NCBI GenBank assembly: GCA_900313235.1
Contig: OMQN01000001.1
Coordinates: 9,145 to 73,144 of the forward strand
Origin: an uncultured Prevotellaceae bacterium
Lineage (GTDB): Bacteria; Bacteroidota; Bacteroidia; Bacteroidales; Bacteroidaceae
DNA length: 64,000 nt
Direction of reading: 5' to 3'
The notes below the pieces were generated by a model. That model was not told where the DNA came from. It made no database searches and saw nothing but the letters and a program-made list of their open reading frames with translations. The translations under genes and the position numbers were made by a program. Of this stretch, positions 27,671-38,033 are shown in pieces. How positions within the stretch are numbered: the first letter of the stretch is position 1; the number at the start of each line of letters is the position of its first letter.

Positions 27671-29560
27671 TTGAAGACATTTGAAGAACTTGGTGTCTGC
27701 GAGGAGATTCGTCGCGCCATCGAAGAGTTAGGATTTGTACAGCCAATGCCTGTACAGGAGGAAGTGATACCATATCTGTTGGGAAACAGGAACGATGTCA
27801 TTGCATTGGCACAGACAGGAACCGGTAAGACTGCGGCCTTCGGCATACCTTTGCTGCAACGCATCGATACCACGAGTAAGAATACCCAAGCCATAGTGCT
27901 CAGCCCTACGCGTGAGCTCTGCCTGCAGATTGCCAGCGATATGAAGGATTTTGCCAAGTATCTGCCAGGCATTCATATTGAGGCTGTCTATGGCGGTGCC
28001 AATATAGTACCTCAGATGAAGGCTCTGCGCAAGGGTGTGCAGATTATAGTAGCTACACCAGGTCGACTCATCGACCTCATGCATCGTGGAGTGGCAAAGC
28101 TCGATGATGTTTCTAATGTGGTGCTCGATGAGGCTGACGAGATGCTCACAATGGGTTTCTCTGATAGCATCAATGAGATACTCGGTGGTGTTCCTGATGA
28201 GCGTAACACGCTACTTTTCTCTGCCACTATGAGCAAAGAGATAGAACGCATAGCCAAGGGCTATCTGCGCGACCATAAAGAGATTGTCGTTGGTAGTAGG
28301 AATGAGGGCGCCGAACATGTCAATCATATCTACTACCTCGTGCATGCCAAGGATAAGTACCTTGCGCTGAAGCGCATCGTTGACTATTATCCGAAGATCT
28401 ATGCCATCATCTTCTGCCGTACTAAGATAGAGACGCAGGAGATTGCCGATAAGCTCATACGCGACGGATACAACGCCGAGTCCTTGCATGGTGACCTTAG
28501 CCAGGCACAGCGTGACCTCACCATGCAGAAGTTTCGTTCCCACCTTACCCAACTGCTCGTTGCCACCGATGTGGCAGCACGCGGACTTGATGTCGACGAT
28601 CTAACCCATGTTATCAACTACGGATTGCCCGATGACATCGAGAACTACACCCATCGTAGCGGTCGTACTGGTCGTGCGGGCAAAAAGGGTACCTCCATCT
28701 CCATTATACACACCCGTGAGAAGCACAAGGTGAAGCGCATTGAGAAGGAGATTGGTAAGGAATTTGTCGATGGAACCCTGCCTACGCCACAGGAGATATG
28801 TACCAAGCAGCTATATAAAACCATCGACCAGATAGGCAAGATAGATGTCGATGAGGAACAGATTGCTCCTTTCATGGAGGATATCACGCGCAACTTCGAA
28901 TACTACGACAAGGAAGACATAGTAAAGAAGATAGTGAGTCTAACCTTCGGTCGCTTTCTTTCATACTATGCCGACGCACCGGAGATAGAGAAACCTGCTT
29001 CGGGGGCAAGGAGCAAGGAGCAAGGGGCAAGAGGCAAGGAAAAGGGGGCAAAGAGCAAGGAGCAGGGGACAAGAGGCAGAAAGACTGGTCCTCGCAAGCC
29101 CGAGAAAGGCTATCAGCGTTTGTTTGTCAACCTCGGTAAGGCCGACGGCTTCTATCCTGGCGAGGTGATGCAGTTTATCAATAAGAACGTTGGTGGCAGG
29201 GTGCAGGTAGGTCATATCGACCTGCTCGACAAGATATCATATATAGAGGTTCCAACAGATCAGGCTGAGGCGGTGAAGCGAGGTCTCGATGGTGCAAGCT
29301 ATAAAAGGCGTACCGTGCGATGCAACGATGCTGATAGCAGAGAGCAGGGGGCAAGGAGCAAGGATCAGAGAGTGGGTGGCAGGAATGCCAAGGCAGCCAA
29401 GCGACGTGCCATGTTCGAAGATGAGCGTCCTGCTCGTCAGACCAAATTCAAAAAGGATGACTGGATGAAGTTCCTTAATCCCGACCGCATAGACCTCAAA
29501 GGCGATGAGCCCGATTTCAGCGAAGATGGATGGGCTCGCAGAAGACCAAAAAAGGAATAA
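27671..29560 (+). CDS. DEAD-box RNA helicase with DbpA-type RNA-binding domain
   Basis: AQTGTGKT, PTREL, DEAD, SAT and HRSGRTGR; TTG start; promoter box TACCTTTG at 27619. Confidence 0.93.
   Translation: MKTFEELGVCEEIRRAIEELGFVQPMPVQEEVIPYLLGNRNDVIALAQTGTGKTAAFGIPLLQRIDTTSKNTQAIVLSPTRELCLQIASDMKDFAKYLPGIHIEAVYGGANIVPQMKALRKGVQIIVATPGRLIDLMHRGVAKLDDVSNVVLDEADEMLTMGFSDSINEILGGVPDERNTLLFSATMSKEIERIAKGYLRDHKEIVVGSRNEGAEHVNHIYYLVHAKDKYLALKRIVDYYPKIYAIIFCRTKIETQEIADKLIRDGYNAESLHGDLSQAQRDLTMQKFRSHLTQLLVATDVAARGLDVDDLTHVINYGLPDDIENYTHRSGRTGRAGKKGTSISIIHTREKHKVKRIEKEIGKEFVDGTLPTPQEICTKQLYKTIDQIGKIDVDEEQIAPFMEDITRNFEYYDKEDIVKKIVSLTFGRFLSYYADAPEIEKPASGARSKEQGARGKEKGAKSKEQGTRGRKTGPRKPEKGYQRLFVNLGKADGFYPGEVMQFINKNVGGRVQVGHIDLLDKISYIEVPTDQAEAVKRGLDGASYKRRTVRCNDADSREQGARSKDQRVGGRNAKAAKRRAMFEDERPARQTKFKKDDWMKFLNPDRIDLKGDEPDFSEDGWARRRPKKE
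29003..29079 (+). repeat. 11 x 7-nt degenerate tandem repeat (GGRGCAA) in the helicase; second 5-unit patch at 29334-29368
   Basis: ggggcaa ggagcaa ggagcaa ggggcaa gaggcaa ..., encoding GARSKEQ-like heptads. Confidence 0.85.
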
Positions 29561-29588
29561 GTTTCGCAAATGCGAAACTTATTCCTTT
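29551..29588. terminator. bidirectional terminator hairpin overlapping the helicase stop
   Basis: Perfect inverted repeat aaaggaataagtttcgca-aa-tgcgaaacttattccttt between convergent genes. Confidence 0.85.
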
Positions 29589-29608
29589 ATATCAGCTTCC
29601 TGTAGAAA

Positions 29609-30103
29609 TTACATGTCAGGAAGGTTGAACTTCTTTTGCATCTCAGCCTGGAAAGCCTTGTCGTCAGAGAGCTTCTTTGCTACAGGGTTTGCCTCAACGA
29701 TCTTGTTGAACTCATCCATAGCCTCTTCCAGACCTTTGTATTCCTTCTCCTTTTTCTCAACTTCAGCCATCATCTCCAGGGCAGCCTTTGCCTGCTCTTC
29801 CTCAGAAGCGTTCTCCAGAGCCTTCTGCTTTGCTTCCATGTCTCTGAATACCTGGAACATTGGATCCAGACCAGTGAACATGTCCTCGAAGGCAGCCTTC
29901 CACTGTGCCTCGTCCCAGTTAGCGCCTTCAGCCTTTGCCTTAGCGATTACTTCCTTCACGTCAACTTTCTTAGCAGGAGCCTCTGCCTTTACTTCCTCAG
30001 TGGCTGTAGAGTCAGCTGCTGCTCCAGCCTTAGCGTTGTTACCACACGACATCATTCCCAATCCCAGGCAGAATGCCAGTGATATAAAAAACATTTTCTT
30101 CAT
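29609..30103 (-). CDS. hypothetical lipoprotein (helical, Ala/Glu/Lys-rich)
   Basis: Lipoprotein signal MKKMFFISLAFCLGLGMMSC. Confidence 0.75.
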   Translation of the reverse strand: MKKMFFISLAFCLGLGMMSCGNNAKAGAAADSTATEEVKAEAPAKKVDVKEVIAKAKAEGANWDEAQWKAAFEDMFTGLDPMFQVFRDMEAKQKALENASEEEQAKAALEMMAEVEKKEKEYKGLEEAMDEFNKIVEANPVAKKLSDDKAFQAEMQKKFNLPDM

Positions 30104-30213
30104 GATAAAATAGATTTTTGGTTAATAAAATTGGGTTATCGCTGCGAAAGTACGACAAATATTTCATACCTGCAAGCGATAACCCATTTTTTTTGACATT
30201 TGTATATATAGGA

Positions 30214-32340
30214 CTACTTGGCGTCAATCTCCTGTAACAGCCGGTCGGCATGACCCCACTTGTCCATCATATAGAGTACAAACCGGATATCAACACCGAT
30301 GCATCTCGCGAGCACCTTGTCAAATAGGATGTCGCTGGCGAGCGAGTCCCAGTTGCCGTCGAAGGCCAGTCCTATGAGTCGTCCCTGTCCGTCGAACATC
30401 GGTGATCCGCTATTACCGCCTGTGATATCGTTGTTGGTAATGAAGCAAAGCTGCATCTTGCCCGTCTCCTTGTCCTGATACTTTCCGAAGTCCTTGGCCG
30501 ACATCAGCTCGTGCATGATAGGCTCTGCGAAGTATTCCGCATTCTTGTCTGCCTGTTTCATCTTCTCCACGAGGCTCTCGGCAGTGGTATAGTAGCCCGA
30601 TGGCTTGCCTCCGATCATCACGTCGCGCACCTGTCCGTAGGAGAGTCGCATGGTGAAGTTGGCATCCGAATAGTGAGGCTGGTCTTGCTCCATGCGCAGT
30701 TTGGCAGCACAGAGTTTCTTCTCCTGCTCCTCTATCTGCTGTGTAGTAGTCTGGAAGTTGCCCACGCCGATGACTGCATAGATCGACATGAGGTCTATTC
30801 CTAATGCCACTCCTGGGTCTTTGAGATATTTCTTTGTGTTGTTGAAGTAAAATTTCTGTCCTTTCTTCAGCACCTTCGACTTCTTATACAGCCAATCCAC
30901 GTAGCGTCGGTAGTCGCCACCAAACTTCTCCTTGACGGTCTTGACAACTTCCGGCTGATATGTCTCAGGCACGTTCAAAGCATAGTTCCTGAGCATGGCG
31001 GCCGTCATCTCCTTGTCGAGCTCAAGGTTCCACTTGTCGCTGTTGTCCTCGAACTCCACATACTGCTTCATAGGCTTGTCCTGAGGACCCTTTGCCTCCA
31101 TACCCATATTCATCTTGATAGCACGACGTATCATCTCCGATGTCTTCCAGAACGACTCTATCCAGTAGTTCAGAGTCTTGTATTCCTCAGCCCTGTTGCT
31201 ATACAGCTGCTTCAGTGTGTCGAGTTCTACGGCGTATCGTGGGTCAGTATTATTGTTATCCTTAAGCCACTGGGCTATGCGCGCCTCGTATTCCGCCTTC
31301 TGACGTATCAGTCCGATGCTGTCGATACACTTGTTCATGCCGATAGAGTTCTTCCAGTAGTTAGAGCTACTGGCAAAAGTATTCTCGTATTGAATGCGTG
31401 TCTTCTCGCTCTGCGCCATGTATCGCTTCATGATTTCAAGCTTGATGTCGCGCACCTGCACACGTGTGGTGTTCTCGATGTTGCGCATCTCCTCGATGCC
31501 GTAGGACGACATATACCGGTTGGTGCTGCCCGGGTAACCCACGGTCATGGCGAAGTCACCGTCCTTATATCCCTGCAACGATACAGGAGCCCAGCTCTGC
31601 GGATGATATGGCACGTTGTCCTTAGAGTATTCAGCAGGTCCGTTGGTCTTCGGATCAGCATAGATACGGAACACCGAGAAGTCGCACGTCTGTCGTGGCC
31701 ACATCCAGTTATCGGTCTCGCCGCCATACTTGCCCATCGACTTCGGTACAGTGAATACCAGTCGTACGTCGCGGAAGTCCTGATAGGTGGTGGCGTAGTA
31801 TTTGTTGCCCTCATAGAAGGGGTCTATACTTACGTGCAGAGTGGAGTCTTTCTGTTTGGCTTCGGTAGTCATAGCGTTGGTCAGCGAGTCGATGATAGCC
31901 TCCACCTCATCTGAGGACTTGCCCTCGATGAGCGCATTCACCTGCTCGGTGATGTCCTGCTGCTCACGCATGAAGGATACGAACATGTCCTCATTGGGCA
32001 GTTCCTCATCGAAAGTCTTGGCATAGAACCCGTTGAGCATGTAGTCATGCTCCACCGTGGAGTGCTTGTTAATAGCCGAAAAACCACAATGGTGGTTGGT
32101 GAACACAAGTCCGTCGGGCGACACCACCACTCCCGAACAATAGCCACTGAAGTTGACCACTGCGTTCTTTATGGCATTGTCACTATGGTACAGGTTCTCA
32201 TATGGCAGTTGGAATCCCTCAGCCACCATCTGCTTATACACGGTGGAGTCGAGATTATACATTGTCCACATGCCCTCATCAGCCTTTACGGGCAAAAGGG
32301 CAAGAAAGCAAAGGGGTAAGAATAAAATAATTTTCTTCAT
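30214..32340 (-). CDS. S46 family dipeptidyl peptidase (DPP7/DPP11-like)
   Basis: ADEGMW, TNHHC, DNWMWPR, catalytic DITGGNSGSP and GLAFDGNW. Confidence 0.93.
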   Translation of the reverse strand: MKKIILFLPLCFLALLPVKADEGMWTMYNLDSTVYKQMVAEGFQLPYENLYHSDNAIKNAVVNFSGYCSGVVVSPDGLVFTNHHCGFSAINKHSTVEHDYMLNGFYAKTFDEELPNEDMFVSFMREQQDITEQVNALIEGKSSDEVEAIIDSLTNAMTTEAKQKDSTLHVSIDPFYEGNKYYATTYQDFRDVRLVFTVPKSMGKYGGETDNWMWPRQTCDFSVFRIYADPKTNGPAEYSKDNVPYHPQSWAPVSLQGYKDGDFAMTVGYPGSTNRYMSSYGIEEMRNIENTTRVQVRDIKLEIMKRYMAQSEKTRIQYENTFASSSNYWKNSIGMNKCIDSIGLIRQKAEYEARIAQWLKDNNNTDPRYAVELDTLKQLYSNRAEEYKTLNYWIESFWKTSEMIRRAIKMNMGMEAKGPQDKPMKQYVEFEDNSDKWNLELDKEMTAAMLRNYALNVPETYQPEVVKTVKEKFGGDYRRYVDWLYKKSKVLKKGQKFYFNNTKKYLKDPGVALGIDLMSIYAVIGVGNFQTTTQQIEEQEKKLCAAKLRMEQDQPHYSDANFTMRLSYGQVRDVMIGGKPSGYYTTAESLVEKMKQADKNAEYFAEPIMHELMSAKDFGKYQDKETGKMQLCFITNNDITGGNSGSPMFDGQGRLIGLAFDGNWDSLASDILFDKVLARCIGVDIRFVLYMMDKWGHADRLLQEIDAK

Positions 32341-32358
32341 TGTATTGTTGTTGTTTCG

Positions 32359-33798
32359 TTATTTTCTTTTCAATCTCGCTACTATCCTGTCTACCGGCAA
32401 GTCCTTAACCACCACAACCGCCATAAATGCTACGATGAGAAGCGTGTTGACAATGAGTGCCGCCCAAACGGGCAGTTGCGGACAGAGACGCGTCATCACC
32501 ACATATATTATAAATGTAAGGACGACATACATCGCCATCTCCTTTATAGGATAGTCTATGGGATAATATTTCTGTCCTACCAGATAGGACAGCACCATGG
32601 CTGTCATGTATCCCGCAAAACCTCCCCACGCACAAGCTGTATAGCCGTAACGAGGTACGAAGACCACATTGACAGCTATCAGTACCATACAGCCCACACC
32701 CGAGAACACGGCTCCCCAGATGGTCTTGTCAATGAGCTTGTACCAGAACGACAGATTGAAATATACTCCCATCATTATCTCGGCAGCCATCACTATGGGC
32801 ACCACCTTGAGTCCTCCCCAGTAGTCACGACCGATGATATACTTCAGTATGTCCATATAGCCCACTACGGCAAGGAACGCCAGCAGGGTGAAGATGAGGA
32901 AGAACTTCATCGCCACAGCATAGTAGTCCTTCGAGTCCTTGTCCTTTGCCTTGCCAAACACTATCGGCTCGTAGGCATAGCGAAACGCCTGCGTTATCAT
33001 CGCCATGATCATGGCTATCTTGAATACCGCCCCGTAGATGGCGAGTTGCTCCTTCATGTCGTCGCCAGGATAGAGATAGGGGAACAGCATCTTGTCGGCA
33101 GTCTGATTGAGTATGCCGGCAATGCCCAGTATGAGTATGGGCCAGCTGTACGAGAGCATCCTCCTGAGCAGTGACGCGTCGAATCCATGGCGAAATCCTT
33201 GGAGTTCTTTCCAGAAGAAAATGGTGATCAGCGAGGTACATACAAGGTTAATGACGAATGCTGCACGCGCATCATGACCATCCATACCTATATAGTATAC
33301 GCAGTTGAGCAGGATGTTCATAAATATGAACAACAGCTTTAGCGCGGCAAACTTCAGCGGTTTCTTCTGGTAGCGCAGGTAGGCAAACGGTATGCACTGG
33401 AAGGCGTCGATGGCAACACATGTAAACATGCAGGCAATATACTCTGGATGGTCAGCATAGCCCATAATGCCAGACAGCGGCCGTAGGAACAACATGACCA
33501 GCACTACAAACAACGTCGAGGTGGCAGCCACCGACCACAGGGTGGTGGAATACACCTGCTCGGCGCGTTCGCCCTGCTTGTTGGCATAACGGAAGAAGGT
33601 GGTCTCCATGCCGTAGGTGAGCAATACCAGCAACAGCGCCACGTAGGCATACACATTGGTGATAACCCCGTACTCGCCGCTCGCTGCCGTCATCTTCATC
33701 GTATACAGCGGCACCAGCAGATAGTTGAGGAATCTGCCAATGATGCTACTAAGTCCATATATAGCCGTGTCCTTGGCCAGTGATTTAAGATTTGCCAT
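32359..33798 (-). CDS. polysaccharide biosynthesis protein / Wzx-type flippase
   Basis: LAKDTAIYGLSSIIGRFLNYLLVPLYT N-terminus; about 12-14 hydrophobic helices. Confidence 0.85.
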   Translation of the reverse strand: MANLKSLAKDTAIYGLSSIIGRFLNYLLVPLYTMKMTAASGEYGVITNVYAYVALLLVLLTYGMETTFFRYANKQGERAEQVYSTTLWSVAATSTLFVVLVMLFLRPLSGIMGYADHPEYIACMFTCVAIDAFQCIPFAYLRYQKKPLKFAALKLLFIFMNILLNCVYYIGMDGHDARAAFVINLVCTSLITIFFWKELQGFRHGFDASLLRRMLSYSWPILILGIAGILNQTADKMLFPYLYPGDDMKEQLAIYGAVFKIAMIMAMITQAFRYAYEPIVFGKAKDKDSKDYYAVAMKFFLIFTLLAFLAVVGYMDILKYIIGRDYWGGLKVVPIVMAAEIMMGVYFNLSFWYKLIDKTIWGAVFSGVGCMVLIAVNVVFVPRYGYTACAWGGFAGYMTAMVLSYLVGQKYYPIDYPIKEMAMYVVLTFIIYVVMTRLCPQLPVWAALIVNTLLIVAFMAVVVVKDLPVDRIVARLKRK

Positions 33799-34000
33799 CG
33801 TTATTTGTGTACTTCACGATTTTTTTGTGTGTGCAAAGGTACGTAATAACGAACTAATCGCAAAAGGAAATTTTGCATTTCTTGCCAAGCAAGACTCATC
33901 AAAACATCTCCCTAACCTATTCTGCATTAAAATTAAGTACTATTTTTTTTGGATTATTACCATTTTTTTTTACTTTTGCAGACACAAATCACAAACTCTT

Positions 34001-35722
34001 ATGTCTATTTGGATTATTTTCAAGCTCATCGGCTCACTAGCATTGCTGATGTTCGGTATGAAGTCGATGAGTGAGGCCCTGCAGAAGATGGCGGGCTCCC
34101 ACCTGAGACACGTCTTGGGTGCAATGACTACTAACAGGTTTACGGGACTCCTTACGGGTATGTTTGTCACTGCGGCGGTACAGTCGTCTACGGCAACGAC
34201 GGTGATGACTGTGTCATTTGTCAATGCCGGACTGCTGACGCTGGCACAAGCCATATCGGTAATCATGGGAGCCAACATCGGTACGACGCTGACGGCATGG
34301 ATCATGTCGGCAGGCTTCTCGTTCAACATTGCCGACTTCGTATACCCAGCGTTCTTCATCGCCATTATACTGATATACAGCAAGAAGAAACGATACATAG
34401 GCGACTTCCTGTTTGGTATCTCGTTCATGTTTCTTGGACTGGGCACACTTCGACAGACAGGCATCGACATGCATCTGGGCGACAACCAGGCAGTATTAGA
34501 CTTCTTCGCCTCGTTCGATCCCGACAGCTACATCACCACACTGGTGTTCCTACTGCTCGGTGGCATACTGACCTTCTGCGTGCAGTCGTCAGCAGCAGTG
34601 ATGGCTATAACGATGATCCTCTGTTCGAGTGGCGTACTGCCGATATATCAGGGTATCGCTCTGGTGATGGGCGAGAATATCGGTACCACCGTGACTTCCA
34701 ACCTGGCAGCAATGACCGCTAACACGCAAGCACGGCGAGCGGCGTTTGCCCACATGTTCTTCAACCTGTTCGGCGTATGCTGGATGTTGCTTGTCTTCAA
34801 GCCATTTGTTGACATGTGTTGCGGATTCGTGGGCTATGATGTCGACATGCAGAAAGAGGTGGTAGGCAATGCCGAATTCCTCAAGAACGCCGCCAAGCTG
34901 TCGTTCGTACTGGCAGCCTTCCATACAGCCTTCAACCTTGCCAACACATCCATCCTTATCTGGTTCATACCACAGATAGAGAAGATAGTATGCCGAGTGA
35001 TAAAAACAAAGAAGAGCGAGGGCGAGGAAGAGGAGTTCCGCCTCCACTTTATTACAGCTGGCTTCATGAAGACGCCTGAACTCTCGGTGCTTGAAGCCCA
35101 GAAGGAGATACAACAGTTTGCTGTACGTATACAGAGAATGTTCGGAATGGTACGCGAGCTGGTACACGAGAAGAACGAGGGTACCTTTGTCAAGGAGTTC
35201 TCACGCATAGAGAAATATGAGGGCATCAGTGACAACATGGAGATAGAGATTGCCAAATATCTCGAAGAGGTCAGCGACGCCCACCTGTCAGACGAGACTA
35301 AGGGCAAGATACGTGCCATGCTGCGCGAGATAAGCGAGATAGAGAGTATCGGCGACTCGTGCTATAACATCGCAAGAACACTCAACCGACGCATCAAGGG
35401 CAAGGAAGATTTCACCGAGCTACAGTATGACCACATGCACCAAATGATGGAGCTCACCGATCAAGCCCTGAGCCAGATGAACTCCATACTGGTGAACTAT
35501 CGTGAGCAGAACGACGTCAACCGCTCATTCAACATCGAAAACGAAATCAACAACTTCCGCAACCAGCTGAAGTCGCAGAACATCAACGATATTGATGACC
35601 ATAAGTACACCTACGCCATCGGTACGATGTATATGGACATCATCAACGAATGTGAGAAGCTGGGCGACTATGTCGTCAATGTTGTCGAAGCTCGTATGGG
35701 TACAAAGCAAAGAGGAGCATAA
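34001..35722 (+). CDS. Na/Pi cotransporter family protein with PhoU-like C-terminus
   Basis: Two VQSS...G(A/E)NIGTT repeats; ESIGD/EKLGD PhoU motifs; start at ATG 34001 after TACTTTTG at 33971. Confidence 0.9.
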   Translation: MSIWIIFKLIGSLALLMFGMKSMSEALQKMAGSHLRHVLGAMTTNRFTGLLTGMFVTAAVQSSTATTVMTVSFVNAGLLTLAQAISVIMGANIGTTLTAWIMSAGFSFNIADFVYPAFFIAIILIYSKKKRYIGDFLFGISFMFLGLGTLRQTGIDMHLGDNQAVLDFFASFDPDSYITTLVFLLLGGILTFCVQSSAAVMAITMILCSSGVLPIYQGIALVMGENIGTTVTSNLAAMTANTQARRAAFAHMFFNLFGVCWMLLVFKPFVDMCCGFVGYDVDMQKEVVGNAEFLKNAAKLSFVLAAFHTAFNLANTSILIWFIPQIEKIVCRVIKTKKSEGEEEEFRLHFITAGFMKTPELSVLEAQKEIQQFAVRIQRMFGMVRELVHEKNEGTFVKEFSRIEKYEGISDNMEIEIAKYLEEVSDAHLSDETKGKIRAMLREISEIESIGDSCYNIARTLNRRIKGKEDFTELQYDHMHQMMELTDQALSQMNSILVNYREQNDVNRSFNIENEINNFRNQLKSQNINDIDDHKYTYAIGTMYMDIINECEKLGDYVVNVVEARMGTKQRGA

Positions 35723-35750
35723 AAAACATAAAAGCAAAACACGCAAAAAC

Positions 35751-35778
35751 GAGAGGAGCCTCAGTCGAGGCTCCTCTC
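35751..35778. terminator. intrinsic terminator
   Basis: gagaggagcctc-agtc-gaggctcctctc followed by TTTTT. Confidence 0.88.
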
Positions 35779-35800
35779 TTTTATATGCTTGTCGAGTTTT

Positions 35801-37210
35801 TTAATATCTCTCTATTACGTTACTGATACCCTCCATGATAACCATATCAGTATCACCTATTTCATAAGCAGAAGGGTGGCGGATCTCACATCCCGCCATC
35901 TTTACTACTGCACCGAGATGGAACAACTTGCCCTTGTTGTCTTCCCAACGACAGGAGTTGAAACGCACATTCTCACAGTCGCCGTCAACATTGACCAACG
36001 TGAACTCACGACAACGCAGGAACTGGCAGTTGTCGAACAGGAGGTTATGGGTGTCATGCACCTCCATGATACCATATGAGCAGTCGCGAATGGTGGTTTT
36101 CTCAAACGTCAGGTCCCTTACAGCACGTGTCTCCAGTCCATACGTACCACAGCCATACAGGTCGCAGCCCTTCACATCTATTCCCTCAGAGTCCTCAAAC
36201 AGCAGTACGCCACCCTCACAATAGCCCTCCTCTGTATGTCCTATGGTGAGATTTTCTATCGTGACGAGCGAGCATTTGTAGAAGTTCAGCACGTTGGCAT
36301 AACGCGGTTCCACCACTATATAGCAGTCACCCGACCCACGTATGGTGAGGTTGTCTACATTGATCAATTCCAGCTGTCTGCCGTCGTTGCGTTCGCAAGC
36401 CACGATAGCCTGTTCGGTACCCTTGCGCAAGGCATGATAGTCTTCCCTCACATATCTACCATCATAGCTAAAGAAGCCATCCTCCCTAAGAACCTTCGTG
36501 AGGTTGAGCACCGTTCCTGGCTTCAGTATCACCGTACGATTGCTCCCTAATGCCGAAATAAACTCGTATTCGTTGCTTACCTCTATGATCTGATCCTCAC
36601 TACTGCCCATCTCGCCATCCGTTGCAAAGAGTCCTACCGCCTGCGCATATGCCATCATGTCGAGGTTTACTCGCTCAATAATGTTCTTCTTCTCTTTCTT
36701 CTGAACCTTGTTAATCATCTTCTGCAGCACTTCCGGATGTATCTGGCTGAGGAACTTCTGGTTCATCACCCATGAGCTGACCACGTTCACCGGATTCTGT
36801 TCGTTCTCCATGAACCGTTGTTTCTTAGCCAAGTCAGAGAGTTTGTCGGTAGTCAATACCAGTACCTGTCCTACGGAATGTTCCTCGGGATAGAACTCCA
36901 GAAACTTCATGCCCGACTGGTTGACATAGTGCACTCTGCTTCCAAACAAACAACCGTATGGAGCCACATCATTGGTATGTGCTTTTATGAGCTTATATTC
37001 GCCAGGAGTCTTGCCCACCTTTTGCAGTTTGATAACAGCATTGTCGCCCTCACTGTCCTTACCATTAAGGTATATCCCCTTGTCTACTATCGACACCACA
37101 TACCTCATCTGTCCGTCCCAGAACACATCGTTCTGTCGGATCACCTGTGCCTGAGCCTCAACGAAGGCGCACATACACATCACTACCGATACTAATAATT
37201 GCTTTCTCAT
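35801..37210 (-). CDS. exported protein with right-handed parallel beta-helix repeats
   Basis: Signal peptide; C-terminal stacked repeats (IENLTIGH, VKGCDLYGCGTYG, FEKTTIRDCSYG, FDNCQF). Confidence 0.7.
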   Translation of the reverse strand: MRKQLLVSVVMCMCAFVEAQAQVIRQNDVFWDGQMRYVVSIVDKGIYLNGKDSEGDNAVIKLQKVGKTPGEYKLIKAHTNDVAPYGCLFGSRVHYVNQSGMKFLEFYPEEHSVGQVLVLTTDKLSDLAKKQRFMENEQNPVNVVSSWVMNQKFLSQIHPEVLQKMINKVQKKEKKNIIERVNLDMMAYAQAVGLFATDGEMGSSEDQIIEVSNEYEFISALGSNRTVILKPGTVLNLTKVLREDGFFSYDGRYVREDYHALRKGTEQAIVACERNDGRQLELINVDNLTIRGSGDCYIVVEPRYANVLNFYKCSLVTIENLTIGHTEEGYCEGGVLLFEDSEGIDVKGCDLYGCGTYGLETRAVRDLTFEKTTIRDCSYGIMEVHDTHNLLFDNCQFLRCREFTLVNVDGDCENVRFNSCRWEDNKGKLFHLGAVVKMAGCEIRHPSAYEIGDTDMVIMEGISNVIERY

Positions 37211-37259
37211 AGGTTTTTGAGTTTTTAGTTAACTAAAATATTTCTTTTTATCTAAATCT

Positions 37260-37916
37260 TTACAAATACTCCATCAGTATGTCCCAGACGGCTATGATGT
37301 GGCAAACGGAGCCCGCAAGCACAAAGAAATGGAACACCGAGTGCATGAATTTACGCTTGTTGAGCGAGTAGAACACAGCTCCGGTGATGTATGCCACACC
37401 CTCGGCGATGATCCATACCACCGCCGCCGTACTCACCGAGTCGACAAGGGGCTTAAAGGCTACGAGCACACTAAGTCCCATACCGATAAAGCAGAGGGTC
37501 TCCAGATTGCTATGGTCCTTCAGTTGGCGGAACGCCATCACCGTACCCACTATGGCGCATAGCCACACAAAGGCGAACAGCGACCAGCCCCAGTAGCCTT
37601 GCTCGCGCAGTGCCACAAGTGTGATGGGCGAATAGCTGCCGGCGATATGCCAGTAGATGGCAGCATGATCCCACCGTCGGAGTCGTTCTTTCCATACCGA
37701 GCGTGCCGAGAGTGCATGATACCACGTGGAAGCGACATACGACATCAGCATACCGAAGAGATAGAGCGACACACCAAATGTCGCCCACCCATTGCCTCGG
37801 GTGGCACACCATATTATAAATAATGTGCCGACGACCGCTGCCAGCACTATCCCGCCAGCATGCGACCACGAGTTCCACAGCTCTTCCTTGTGACTAAAAT
37901 ATATCTTCCATTTCAT
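37260..37916 (-). CDS. hemolysin III / PAQR family membrane protein
   Basis: EE..NSWSH, STWYH, DHAAIY.HIAGSYSP and HSVFHFFVLAG. Confidence 0.9.
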   Translation of the reverse strand: MKWKIYFSHKEELWNSWSHAGGIVLAAVVGTLFIIWCATRGNGWATFGVSLYLFGMLMSYVASTWYHALSARSVWKERLRRWDHAAIYWHIAGSYSPITLVALREQGYWGWSLFAFVWLCAIVGTVMAFRQLKDHSNLETLCFIGMGLSVLVAFKPLVDSVSTAAVVWIIAEGVAYITGAVFYSLNKRKFMHSVFHFFVLAGSVCHIIAVWDILMEYL

Positions 37917-38033
37917 AGTAACGATTGCAAAGATAGCATTTTTTCAAAAAAAAAGAGAGAATTATTCGTTTAATTCGTGGATTTCGTGGTTGCATGAGTA
38001 TAAAGAAAGAATAATTCGTGGTAGTAGGACTCG

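Noticed and set aside
33725-34000. N-terminal extension of the Na/Pi cotransporter (and of the BNR protein, 61567-61716)
   Set aside because: Spans promoter DNA, and for the cotransporter overlaps the divergent gene; promoter boxes support the later starts
37260-37916. Hemolysin as a virulence toxin
   Set aside because: HlyIII/PAQR proteins are widespread membrane proteins; nothing here indicates toxin function
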